Source: Anaerolinea sp. (GTDB lineage Bacteria > Chloroflexota > Anaerolineae > Anaerolineales > Villigracilaceae). From it: 64,000 bases of DNA. Of this stretch, positions 10,697 to 18,176 are shown one piece after another. The notes below the pieces were generated by a model that made no database searches, was not told the DNA's origin, and saw only the letters and a program-made list of their open reading frames with translations. A program made the translations under genes and the position numbers. How positions within the stretch are numbered: position 1 is the stretch's first letter; each line of letters begins with the position of its first letter. Where the stretch lies: positions 5,081 to 69,080 of the forward strand of contig DYPU01000003.1 of assembly GCA_020719725.1 (NCBI GenBank), written 5' to 3'.

Positions 10697-10774
10697 GCAC
10701 CGATTCTGGTGAAACTTTGCGTCCCTTGTAGTTCCCTTTATTCAATTTCTGATTCAAATATGAGGAGAAGAAAA

Positions 10775-12853
10775 ATGCGTAAACTATTTGCCCTTTTGAG
10801 CCTGCTGGTAGTCGCCAGCATGATGCTCGCGGCCTGCGGTACGCCCGCTGCCCCGGCCACTGAAGCCCCCGCCGCCGAGGCACCTGCCGCCGAAGCCCCT
10901 GCTGTTGAAGCTCCTGCTGCTGAAGCGCCCGCCGCCGAAGCGCCCGCCGCCGCTGTTGAATTTAAATCTGCTGACCCGACCACTCTGGTGATTGCTACCA
11001 TTGGCGAACCGGAAACCCTGGATCCTGCCCTGGCCTACGAAACCGCTGGTGGCGAAATTGTCCAGAACGTTTACGAAACCCTGGTCTTCTATGATGGTGA
11101 AGCCACCGACAAATTCCTGCCGCAATTGGCTGAATCTTGGGAAGTTTCGGACGATGGAACTGTCTACACCTTCAAGATGCGTTCTGGTGTCAAATTCCAC
11201 GATGGCGCAGACATGACCGCTTCCGATGCGGCTTACTCTTTCCAACGTGGTTTGCTCTACGGTGGTTATAGTGGCCCACAGTGGTTGCTGGCCGAACCCT
11301 TCTTTGGCATTGGTATGGATGATGTCTCCCTTCTGGTGGATGACACCGGCGCTTTGGCCGATGATGGCGCTGCTTTGGCTACTGCCGATCCTGCCAAGTT
11401 GCTTGCCGCTTGCGAAAAAGTCACTAGCTTGATTGTTGCCGATGACGCCGCTGGCACAGTTACAATGACTTTGAACCAGGCTTGGGGCCCCTTCATCGCT
11501 ACCATCGCTCAGGGCTGGGGTTCTGTTCTAGACAAAGACTGGGCCGTTGCGAATGGTGCCTGGGATGGCGACTGCGCCACCTGGCAGAATTACTATGCTG
11601 TTCCTTCGGAAAACGACCCGCTGACCACCATCATGAATGGTACCGGCGCGTTCAAGCTCGATCATTGGACTCAGGGTGAAGAACTCGTCCTCGTCCGCAA
11701 TGATGCTTACTGGCGCGATCCTGCCAAACTCGAACGTATCGTTATCAAATCCATCGATGAATGGGGCACTCGCTTTGCCATGCTCCAGGCTGGTGATGCC
11801 GATATGGTCGCTGTTCCTGCTGAAAACCGCTCCCAGGTTGATGAGATGGTCGGTGAAGTACGCGTTTACGATCTGGCTGCCGGCGCTTACCCCGAAGCCG
11901 CTGTCGTTTGCGAATACGACGATACAAAACAAGGCGCTGAGAAATTCATCCCCTGCGCGGGTGATGAAGCCGGCACCGAGGGCACGATGCGCCTCTACAT
12001 TGGCCGCCCCTCCCTGTCCAGCCAGGACTTGTTCATGACTTTCAACATCACCAAAACATCCAACTATGTTGGTTCCGGCAAGTTGGATGGCAATGGCATC
12101 CCGCTTGATTTCTTCTCGGATGTTCATGTCCGCCGTGGCTTTGCCTACAGCTTTGATTGGGGCACCTATATCGGCGATGTGTTCGATGGCGAAGCTATCC
12201 AGCAGCCTGTGCTTGCCCGTCAGGGCATGGCTGGTTATCAGAGCGATGCCCCTGTCTTCAGCCTCGACCTCGAAAAGGCTGCCGCCGAATTCAAGCTGGC
12301 TGACATCGACAAAGATGGCATTCTCGCTGGCGACGACCCAGAAGGCGATTTGTGGACCACCGGTTTTCGCTTGCAGGCCCTCTACAACCAGGGCAATACC
12401 TCCCGCCAGGTTATTTCTGAGATTTTGGCAAGCAACATCTCCACCGTCAACGGACTGTTTGTAATTGAAACCGTTGGCTTGCCCTGGCCGACCTTCTTGC
12501 GCACTATCCGTGCTTCGGAAGCCCCGTACTTTACCAGCGGCTGGGTCGAAGATATTCACGATCCCCACAACTGGTATCAGCCTTACATGCTCGGCACCTA
12601 TGCCAATCGCCAAAAATTATCTAGTGACCTGCGTGCGCAGTTCTCCGACATTCTCGATCGCGGTGTTGCCGCTACCGATTTGGCCGAGCGCCAGACCATC
12701 TACGAAGAAGCCAATGCGCTTTACTTCGACCAGGTTCCGACTGTTCTGTTGGCGACTACCACCAGCCATGGTTTCGAGCAGCGTTGGGTCAATGGCGCCG
12801 TCCTGAACCCAATCTTCTCGGGCAGCTATTTCTACACCATGTACAAAGAGTAA
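10775..12853 (+). CDS. ABC transporter substrate-binding lipoprotein, family 5 (OppA/DppA-like)
   Basis: Signal/lipobox MRKLFALLSLLVVASMMLAAC, (EAPAA)n linker, family-5 SBP body. Start chosen at 10775 because GAGGAG lies 7 nt upstream. Confidence 0.85.
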   Translation: MRKLFALLSLLVVASMMLAACGTPAAPATEAPAAEAPAAEAPAVEAPAAEAPAAEAPAAAVEFKSADPTTLVIATIGEPETLDPALAYETAGGEIVQNVYETLVFYDGEATDKFLPQLAESWEVSDDGTVYTFKMRSGVKFHDGADMTASDAAYSFQRGLLYGGYSGPQWLLAEPFFGIGMDDVSLLVDDTGALADDGAALATADPAKLLAACEKVTSLIVADDAAGTVTMTLNQAWGPFIATIAQGWGSVLDKDWAVANGAWDGDCATWQNYYAVPSENDPLTTIMNGTGAFKLDHWTQGEELVLVRNDAYWRDPAKLERIVIKSIDEWGTRFAMLQAGDADMVAVPAENRSQVDEMVGEVRVYDLAAGAYPEAAVVCEYDDTKQGAEKFIPCAGDEAGTEGTMRLYIGRPSLSSQDLFMTFNITKTSNYVGSGKLDGNGIPLDFFSDVHVRRGFAYSFDWGTYIGDVFDGEAIQQPVLARQGMAGYQSDAPVFSLDLEKAAAEFKLADIDKDGILAGDDPEGDLWTTGFRLQALYNQGNTSRQVISEILASNISTVNGLFVIETVGLPWPTFLRTIRASEAPYFTSGWVEDIHDPHNWYQPYMLGTYANRQKLSSDLRAQFSDILDRGVAATDLAERQTIYEEANALYFDQVPTVLLATTTSHGFEQRWVNGAVLNPIFSGSYFYTMYKE
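10862..10951 (+). repeat. Six tandem 15-bp in-frame repeats encoding (EAPAA)6 linker
   Basis: GAAGCNCCNGCNGCN repeated 6 times, read directly from the sequence. Located inside the binding-protein gene just after the lipobox. Confidence 0.9.
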
Positions 12854-12869
12854 ACTTGTTTTGAACTTA

Positions 12870-12955
12870 TCCGGGGGACTGACAACAGTCCCCCGGATGC
12901 TCCTTGTCGTGCGGAACGAGCCGAAACCTGGTTTCGACTCGTTCCGGACAACAAG
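12870..12955 (+). promoter_or_regulatory. Two strong stem-loops between binding-protein and permease genes (no T-run)
   Basis: Hairpin 1 has a perfect 12-bp stem, TCCGGGGGACTG/CAGTCCCCCGGA (12870-12897). Hairpin 2 has arms of about 25 nt with 3 mismatches (12903-12955). Confidence 0.5.
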
Positions 12956-12982
12956 TAAGATAATCTAGCCTCGAGGTGCTTC

Positions 12983-14044
12983 ATGCTTACCTATATAGTT
13001 CGCCGTTTGTTGCTTGTGCCTTTCCTGCTTTTTGGTGTGACCATTTTGATTTTTGGTATGCTGCAATTTCTTGACCCGGTTGAACGGGCCTCGTTGTATG
13101 TGCGCGGCGATCCAAAAGCGAATCAAATTGAAGCGGCCATCACCAAATATTGCCTGGATTGCCCGATCCATGTGCAATATTTCAATTGGATGATTGGGAG
13201 GGTAGACCCCATAACAAATGAACGCGAAGGTGGTATTTTGTTCGGCAACTTTGGCTGGTCAAAGACCGGTTCACAACCGGTTGCGCAGCTAATCGCGCGC
13301 CGATTTCCCAATACACTCGATTTGACGATTTGGGCCGTAGCGCCGGTAATTCTGGTTGGAATCTGGATGGGAGTTCAGGCGGCAGTTCACCATAATGGTT
13401 GGATTGATCAGGCCGCTCGTGTTTTTAGCATTGTTGGAACATCGTTTCCAAGTTTTGTGTTTGGGTTGCTGATGCTGATGCTTTTCTATGCCAACCTGCA
13501 ATGGTTCCCGCCGGGACGTTTGACGGATGAATTTAGTCAGGTTGTCAATTCTGACCAATTCCTTCATTACACCTCACTGCTGACATTTGACGCTTTGCTG
13601 AATGGTCGTTTTGATATTTTTGTAGATGCTCTGCGCCACATGTTCCTGCCTATTTTGACCTTATCCTATATCAACTGGGCGACCTTTCTGCGTGTCACTC
13701 GCGGCTCCATGCTAGAGACCTTGCGTCAGGAATATGTTACTACGGCACGAGCCAAGGGCTTGTCTGAACATGATGTCATTTATAAACACGCTCAACCCAA
13801 TGCCATGCTGCCCCTGGTAACATTGGCGGGTTTTACAGTGGTTGGCCTGATGGGCGGTGTAATTATTACCGAGACCGTCTTTGATTACCCAGGTATTGGC
13901 TCCGCCGCGGCAGCTGCCTCGGCCCAATTGGATGTGATCACAGTACTTGGTTTTGCCCTTTTCAATGGCCTGCTTCTGATTGTTGCTAACCTTGTCGTTG
14001 ATATTCTCTACGCTGTGGTTGACCCCCGCGTCCGCCTTTCCTAA
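12983..14044 (+). CDS. ABC transporter permease (OppB/DppB type)
   Basis: 353 aa. MLTYIVRRLLLVPFLLFGVT N-terminus typical of OppB, EAA-like loop TARAKGLSE. Confidence 0.9.
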   Translation: MLTYIVRRLLLVPFLLFGVTILIFGMLQFLDPVERASLYVRGDPKANQIEAAITKYCLDCPIHVQYFNWMIGRVDPITNEREGGILFGNFGWSKTGSQPVAQLIARRFPNTLDLTIWAVAPVILVGIWMGVQAAVHHNGWIDQAARVFSIVGTSFPSFVFGLLMLMLFYANLQWFPPGRLTDEFSQVVNSDQFLHYTSLLTFDALLNGRFDIFVDALRHMFLPILTLSYINWATFLRVTRGSMLETLRQEYVTTARAKGLSEHDVIYKHAQPNAMLPLVTLAGFTVVGLMGGVIITETVFDYPGIGSAAAAASAQLDVITVLGFALFNGLLLIVANLVVDILYAVVDPRVRLS

Positions 14045-14053
14045 GAGGTTCCC

Positions 14054-15094
14054 ATGACCCAATCCACCCCATCTGGTGATAATGAATTGCTTGGTTCTGC
14101 CGTTGCCATGCGCAAAATAAGCCGCCTGGAGCGTTTTCTCGGGCCGGAAGGCTATCGCATTCTACAAGGATTGTTCAAGACACCCGCTTCCATCGCCGGT
14201 TTCTCATTGATTCTTCTCTTTATTTTGGTCGCTTTGGCCGCTCCGGTTTTGGCCCCTCCGGTTACTCCCAACGACCCCTATAAAATCCCGCGAGATGGTT
14301 TCAAAGCCCAACCGCGTGAAGCCGGTTCCGAATGGAACAAGAACGTACCCGATATTCCCTTTTGGTATAAAGCCGTCACCGGAAATGATAAATGGGTGCA
14401 TCTCTTTGGCACGGCTCAGGGCCAGTATGATATTTACTACGGCGTAGTTTGGGGCGCGCGCACCGCTTTTAACACAGGTTTAATAGTTGTTCTCTCCACT
14501 TTGTTTATTGGCGTAGTAGTGGGCTCGGTTTCAGCCTACTACGGCGGATTTGTGGACAACGTCATCATGCGTATCGTGGACGTTTTGATGATTTTGCCTG
14601 GACTGATGGCGACCCTTATTTTGGCTGCGGTGCTTACGCCTGTCATTGGGCGCAGTCTTCTACCGGTCATGATTTCGCTGATTGCTTTTGGTTGGATGGG
14701 ATACGCTCGTATTATTCGCGGCGATATTCTCTCAGTTAAAGAACGTGATTACGTCATGGCGGCTCGCGTAATCGGCGTCAAAGACAGCCGTATCCTTTTT
14801 CGCCACATTTTGCCCAACGCTATTTTTTCAACAATGGTACTGGCCTCGCTAGATATTGGCACGGTGACACTTTCTTTCGCAGCCCTCTCTTTCCTCGGGA
14901 TTGGCGTTGAAGTCGGTTACGCTGACTGGGGCCAGGTACTCGCTTTTGCCCGCAACTGGATCAGCAGCCTCAATACCTACTGGTACATCATCGTTTTCCC
15001 TGGCATCACCCTCGTGCTATTCGTCATGGGCTGGAACCTGCTTGGCGATGCATTACGCGACGTGCTCGATCCCCGTATGCGTGGAAAGATGTAG
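14054..15094 (+). CDS. ABC transporter permease (OppC/DppC type)
   Basis: 346 aa. Binding-protein-dependent transport inner-membrane pattern, AARVIGVKDSRILFRHILPN. Confidence 0.9.
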   Translation: MTQSTPSGDNELLGSAVAMRKISRLERFLGPEGYRILQGLFKTPASIAGFSLILLFILVALAAPVLAPPVTPNDPYKIPRDGFKAQPREAGSEWNKNVPDIPFWYKAVTGNDKWVHLFGTAQGQYDIYYGVVWGARTAFNTGLIVVLSTLFIGVVVGSVSAYYGGFVDNVIMRIVDVLMILPGLMATLILAAVLTPVIGRSLLPVMISLIAFGWMGYARIIRGDILSVKERDYVMAARVIGVKDSRILFRHILPNAIFSTMVLASLDIGTVTLSFAALSFLGIGVEVGYADWGQVLAFARNWISSLNTYWYIIVFPGITLVLFVMGWNLLGDALRDVLDPRMRGKM

Positions 15095-15095
15095 T

Positions 15096-15786
15096 TTGTT
15101 TTTGAAAAAAAGTTTTCGTTATCTTCTGTTCCCTCTTGGTTTGGTGCTGGTCATGCTATCGGCGCTGTTTCAAGAGGGAACAGCTTTGTCTGCAACCCCA
15201 ACCCCCGACCGTCTGGCCCAGCCCACCCTGCCCTCAGGAATTCTGGTTTCAATGCCTGCCTTGTCATGGCGATCGAGGCCAAGGCCTGACTGACGAATTC
15301 CGCCAGCTTTACCCCATCGAAGAACAAAACTGTTGGAAATCTGGCTGCCATGGGCCACGCTACTACGAAAATGGTTGGACAATCCCCCATACTGTTCCGG
15401 CGCTGATTGGACCCACCACTCTGGCTAAATTCCCAAACGCCTTAGTTTTGCAAGCCTACCTCAAGACAAGTATGCCTTTTCAGTGGCCGGGTACATTGGA
15501 AGAAGAGAAAGCCTGGGCAATCAGCGCCTTTTTACTGCGTGAAAATGGCCTATGGCTTGCGCAAGAACCGCTTACACCTGAAAATGCAACCTTGATTGGC
15601 ATTCCCAGGCAGCAATTTGCGCCTGTTTTTCCAACCGAAACACCAGCAGCTAGCCAGCTAACTTCCATCATGCACCAATTATCCAACATACACCCGGTCT
15701 CAACCTGGCCTGATATTCCTGTTTGGCTTATCGGGGTAGGAATTTTTGTGTTTACTGGAATTTTAGCCTACCTGGCGAAGCGCTGA
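15096..15786 (+). CDS. Putative membrane-anchored c-type cytochrome; reading frame interrupted (signal peptide and haem domain lie in different frames)
   Basis: CLPCH haem motif (15253-15267), distal SMPFQWP and a C-terminal TM helix lie in the frame of ORF 15136-15786. A good signal peptide (LKKSFRYLLFPLGLVLVMLSALF, from TTG 15096/15102) lies in the frame shifted by one and stops at 15293. Confidence 0.6.
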
Positions 15787-15987
15787 CAGCCAGGCCGCGC
15801 TAAAAATTGTCTAGCTGTGATCTCAGCCCAAACGAAAATCAAATAACGGCAACCCATGAGCCCATGGGGCATTGGCGAAAGATTGCCAGCGCCACATGGG
15901 TTTTTGTGAACATTGAGCGCTTGTCGGATTGGGTGACATAGGATAGGATTCTTCTCTACTATGAAACTTTTTCTGTTGGAGCGCCAA

Positions 15988-17946
15988 ATGAAACGATTCT
16001 TGCTCGCTTTTCCCGGTTTTTTACTCGTTCTGTTGGTGACCGCTTGCACCCTGCCAGATTCAACTGTTAACGCAACTGAACCTGCGCCGATAGCCTCACC
16101 TGCCTCATTCCCCTCCCCTGAAATTACCCCCGTCAGCATCGTTCCCGCGCCGCAAAACCTCACAATTTGCCTGGGCCAGGAACCCAACACCCTTTATCCT
16201 TACGGAAATCCCAATAGCGCCGCGCGCAGTGTGCTTGCCGCGCTTTACGACGGCCCCGTTGATGTATTTTTAGATGGTTATCAACCCGTTATTTTGCAAG
16301 ATATTCCAACGCTAGAAAATGGCGACGTTCAAATCAACCCCATCACAGTCAACCGTGGCGATTTGGTTGTAGATATTGATGACCAACTGGTTTTACTCGA
16401 TGCAGGCGTGCTAATTTTCCCAGCCGGATGCAACGACGAATCCTGCACTGTCAATTATGGAGGTCAGGGGGAAATTCAGATGGACCAACTCGTCGCCACG
16501 TTTCGGCTTTTGCCGCAAGTACTCTGGTCAGACGGTACACCTGTCACCGCGCAAGATTCTGTCTACTCTTTTCTAATTGCCTCCGACAGCGCCACCCCCG
16601 GCTCCAAATATCTGGTTGACCGTACTCAAACCTATGAAGCCGTGGACGAAAAAACCGTGCAATGGTGGGGCCGCCCCGGATATAGCGACCCAACCTACGC
16701 CGATAATTTTTTCGCACCATTTCCTGAACACGCCTGGAAGTCACTTTCTGCCGCCGATCTGGCACGCGCCGACCTGACAGCGCGCCCGCCACTGGGCTGG
16801 GGACCTTATGTTTTTGAAGCCTGGGTTCCAGGGGAGGCTATCCGGTTTTCCAAAAACCTTAACTACTTTCGCGCTCAAGATACTCTGCCCGCCTTTGAGA
16901 CGCTTCGCTTTCTTTTCTTGCAAAATGGCGAAGCGGCCATCAGCGCCATCCTGGCTGGGGATTGCGATCTGCTGGACACCAGCCTGCGCCTAGAATCACA
17001 GCTCGATTTATTAAAAGAACTGGAAAGTAAGCAATCCATCAAAATCTGGGCCACTACCACCTCAGTGATGGAGCGTTTTGATTTTGGGATTCGCCCCGCC
17101 TCTTACGATGATGGTGTTGGCGTAACCGACCGGATTAACCTGTTTGCGGATGTGCGCACCCGTCAGGCAGTAGCGTATTGTCTTAATCGGCAGGAAGTTG
17201 TCGATACAGTGTTGTTCGGGCTATCTACTGTACCGGCCACTTTTATCGCTCCCGCCCACCCTGCTTATAACGAAAATGTCGCCCTTTATCCTTACGATAT
17301 AAACAAGGGCATTAGCTTGCTCGAAGAAGCGGGTTGGCTCGACGATGATGGCGATCCGGCCACGGCGCGGGTGGCAAAAGGAGCTGTATCTGTTCCAGAC
17401 GGCACACAACTCTCTTTTTCTTATCAAACCAGCCAGGCTGCGCAGCGCCGCCAAGTGAGCGAAATTTTAGCTACTTCTTTGCGGGAATGTGGTATCGGCG
17501 TGGAGAGTGTTTATCGTTCGGCTAATGATTTATATGCGCCGGGGCCGCAAGGCCCATTGTTTGGCCGCCAGTTTGACGTTGCGGTTTATGCGGTTGGAGT
17601 TTCTGGGGTCGAACCGGCTTGTGCGCCTTACACCAGCGATGAAATTCCAACGGATGGCTCCAATTGGCTGGGACTAAACATCATGGGCTACGATAATTCG
17701 GATTTTGATGCTCTTTGCCAAAAAGCCCGCCGGGCTTTGCCAGATCAGCCAGAATATCTTACCCAATATGCCCAGTTACAGTCTATTTTTGCCAATGATT
17801 TGCCCTCTATTCCTCTTTATGCTCGTGTCAAAGTTGCCGCAGCGCGCGCTGATTTATGTAATTTTTCTCTTTCGCCCAATAACTTGTTTGATTTATGGAA
17901 CCTTGAAGAGTTTGAGATTGACTCAACTTGCATTAATCCAGAATGA
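15988..17946 (+). CDS. ABC transporter substrate-binding lipoprotein, family 5
   Basis: Lipobox MKRFLLAFPGFLLVLLVTAC. GGAG precedes the ATG at 15988. Family-5 SBP-like body of about 650 aa. Confidence 0.8.
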   Translation: MKRFLLAFPGFLLVLLVTACTLPDSTVNATEPAPIASPASFPSPEITPVSIVPAPQNLTICLGQEPNTLYPYGNPNSAARSVLAALYDGPVDVFLDGYQPVILQDIPTLENGDVQINPITVNRGDLVVDIDDQLVLLDAGVLIFPAGCNDESCTVNYGGQGEIQMDQLVATFRLLPQVLWSDGTPVTAQDSVYSFLIASDSATPGSKYLVDRTQTYEAVDEKTVQWWGRPGYSDPTYADNFFAPFPEHAWKSLSAADLARADLTARPPLGWGPYVFEAWVPGEAIRFSKNLNYFRAQDTLPAFETLRFLFLQNGEAAISAILAGDCDLLDTSLRLESQLDLLKELESKQSIKIWATTTSVMERFDFGIRPASYDDGVGVTDRINLFADVRTRQAVAYCLNRQEVVDTVLFGLSTVPATFIAPAHPAYNENVALYPYDINKGISLLEEAGWLDDDGDPATARVAKGAVSVPDGTQLSFSYQTSQAAQRRQVSEILATSLRECGIGVESVYRSANDLYAPGPQGPLFGRQFDVAVYAVGVSGVEPACAPYTSDEIPTDGSNWLGLNIMGYDNSDFDALCQKARRALPDQPEYLTQYAQLQSIFANDLPSIPLYARVKVAAARADLCNFSLSPNNLFDLWNLEEFEIDSTCINPE

Positions 17947-18005
17947 TTTTTGTAAAAAAATAGCAAAGAGTTCATCTCAAGATGACCGTTCTAAAAGTCT
18001 TTTTC

Positions 18006-18034
18006 TTGACTCTATAAAATCCTTGTGCTATAGT
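18006..18034 (+). promoter_or_regulatory. Near-consensus sigma70-type promoter of the second ABC operon
   Basis: TTGACT (18006-18011), exactly 17 nt spacer, TATAGT (18029-18034). Confidence 0.55.
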
Positions 18035-18086
18035 GATGTTCTTGATTTTCCTTCCTATATGGCGAAGTTTGGGAAAAAATATCAGA

Positions 18087-18099
18087 AAAGGAGGTGGTT
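18087..18099 (+). promoter_or_regulatory. Shine-Dalgarno-like leader motif AAAGGAGGTGGTT (copy 2)
   Basis: Identical 13-mer to 10684-10696. Its GGAGG core lies 83 nt upstream of the ATG at 18177, which has its own AGGAGG RBS. Confidence 0.35.
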
Positions 18100-18176
18100 A
18101 CCGAACCTAACTTGCTCTATACTCACTTTTTTATATCCACCCAACCCGTTTTAAATTTCTCAGGAGGAGAAATACA

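Noticed and set aside
10691-10774. GTG start at 10691 giving a 28-codon N-terminal extension of the first binding protein
   Set aside because: The GTG lies inside the AAAGGAGGTGGTT motif with no SD spacing. The extension precedes, rather than forms, the signal peptide. The ATG at 10775 has a properly spaced GAGGAG.
10862-10951. Six tandem 15-bp repeats considered as a possible CRISPR-like or minisatellite element
   Set aside because: The repeats are contiguous with no spacers, in frame, and encode an (EAPAA)6 lipoprotein linker. A similar Pro/Ala-rich linker with a different sequence occurs in the third SBP.
11528-12613. 361-aa ORF on the minus strand inside the first binding-protein gene
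   Set aside because: It is antisense to a gene with a clear lipobox and family-5 SBP features. It is Gly/Ala/Asp-rich and low in complexity, with no RBS. It is a typical shadow ORF of GC-rich coding sequence.
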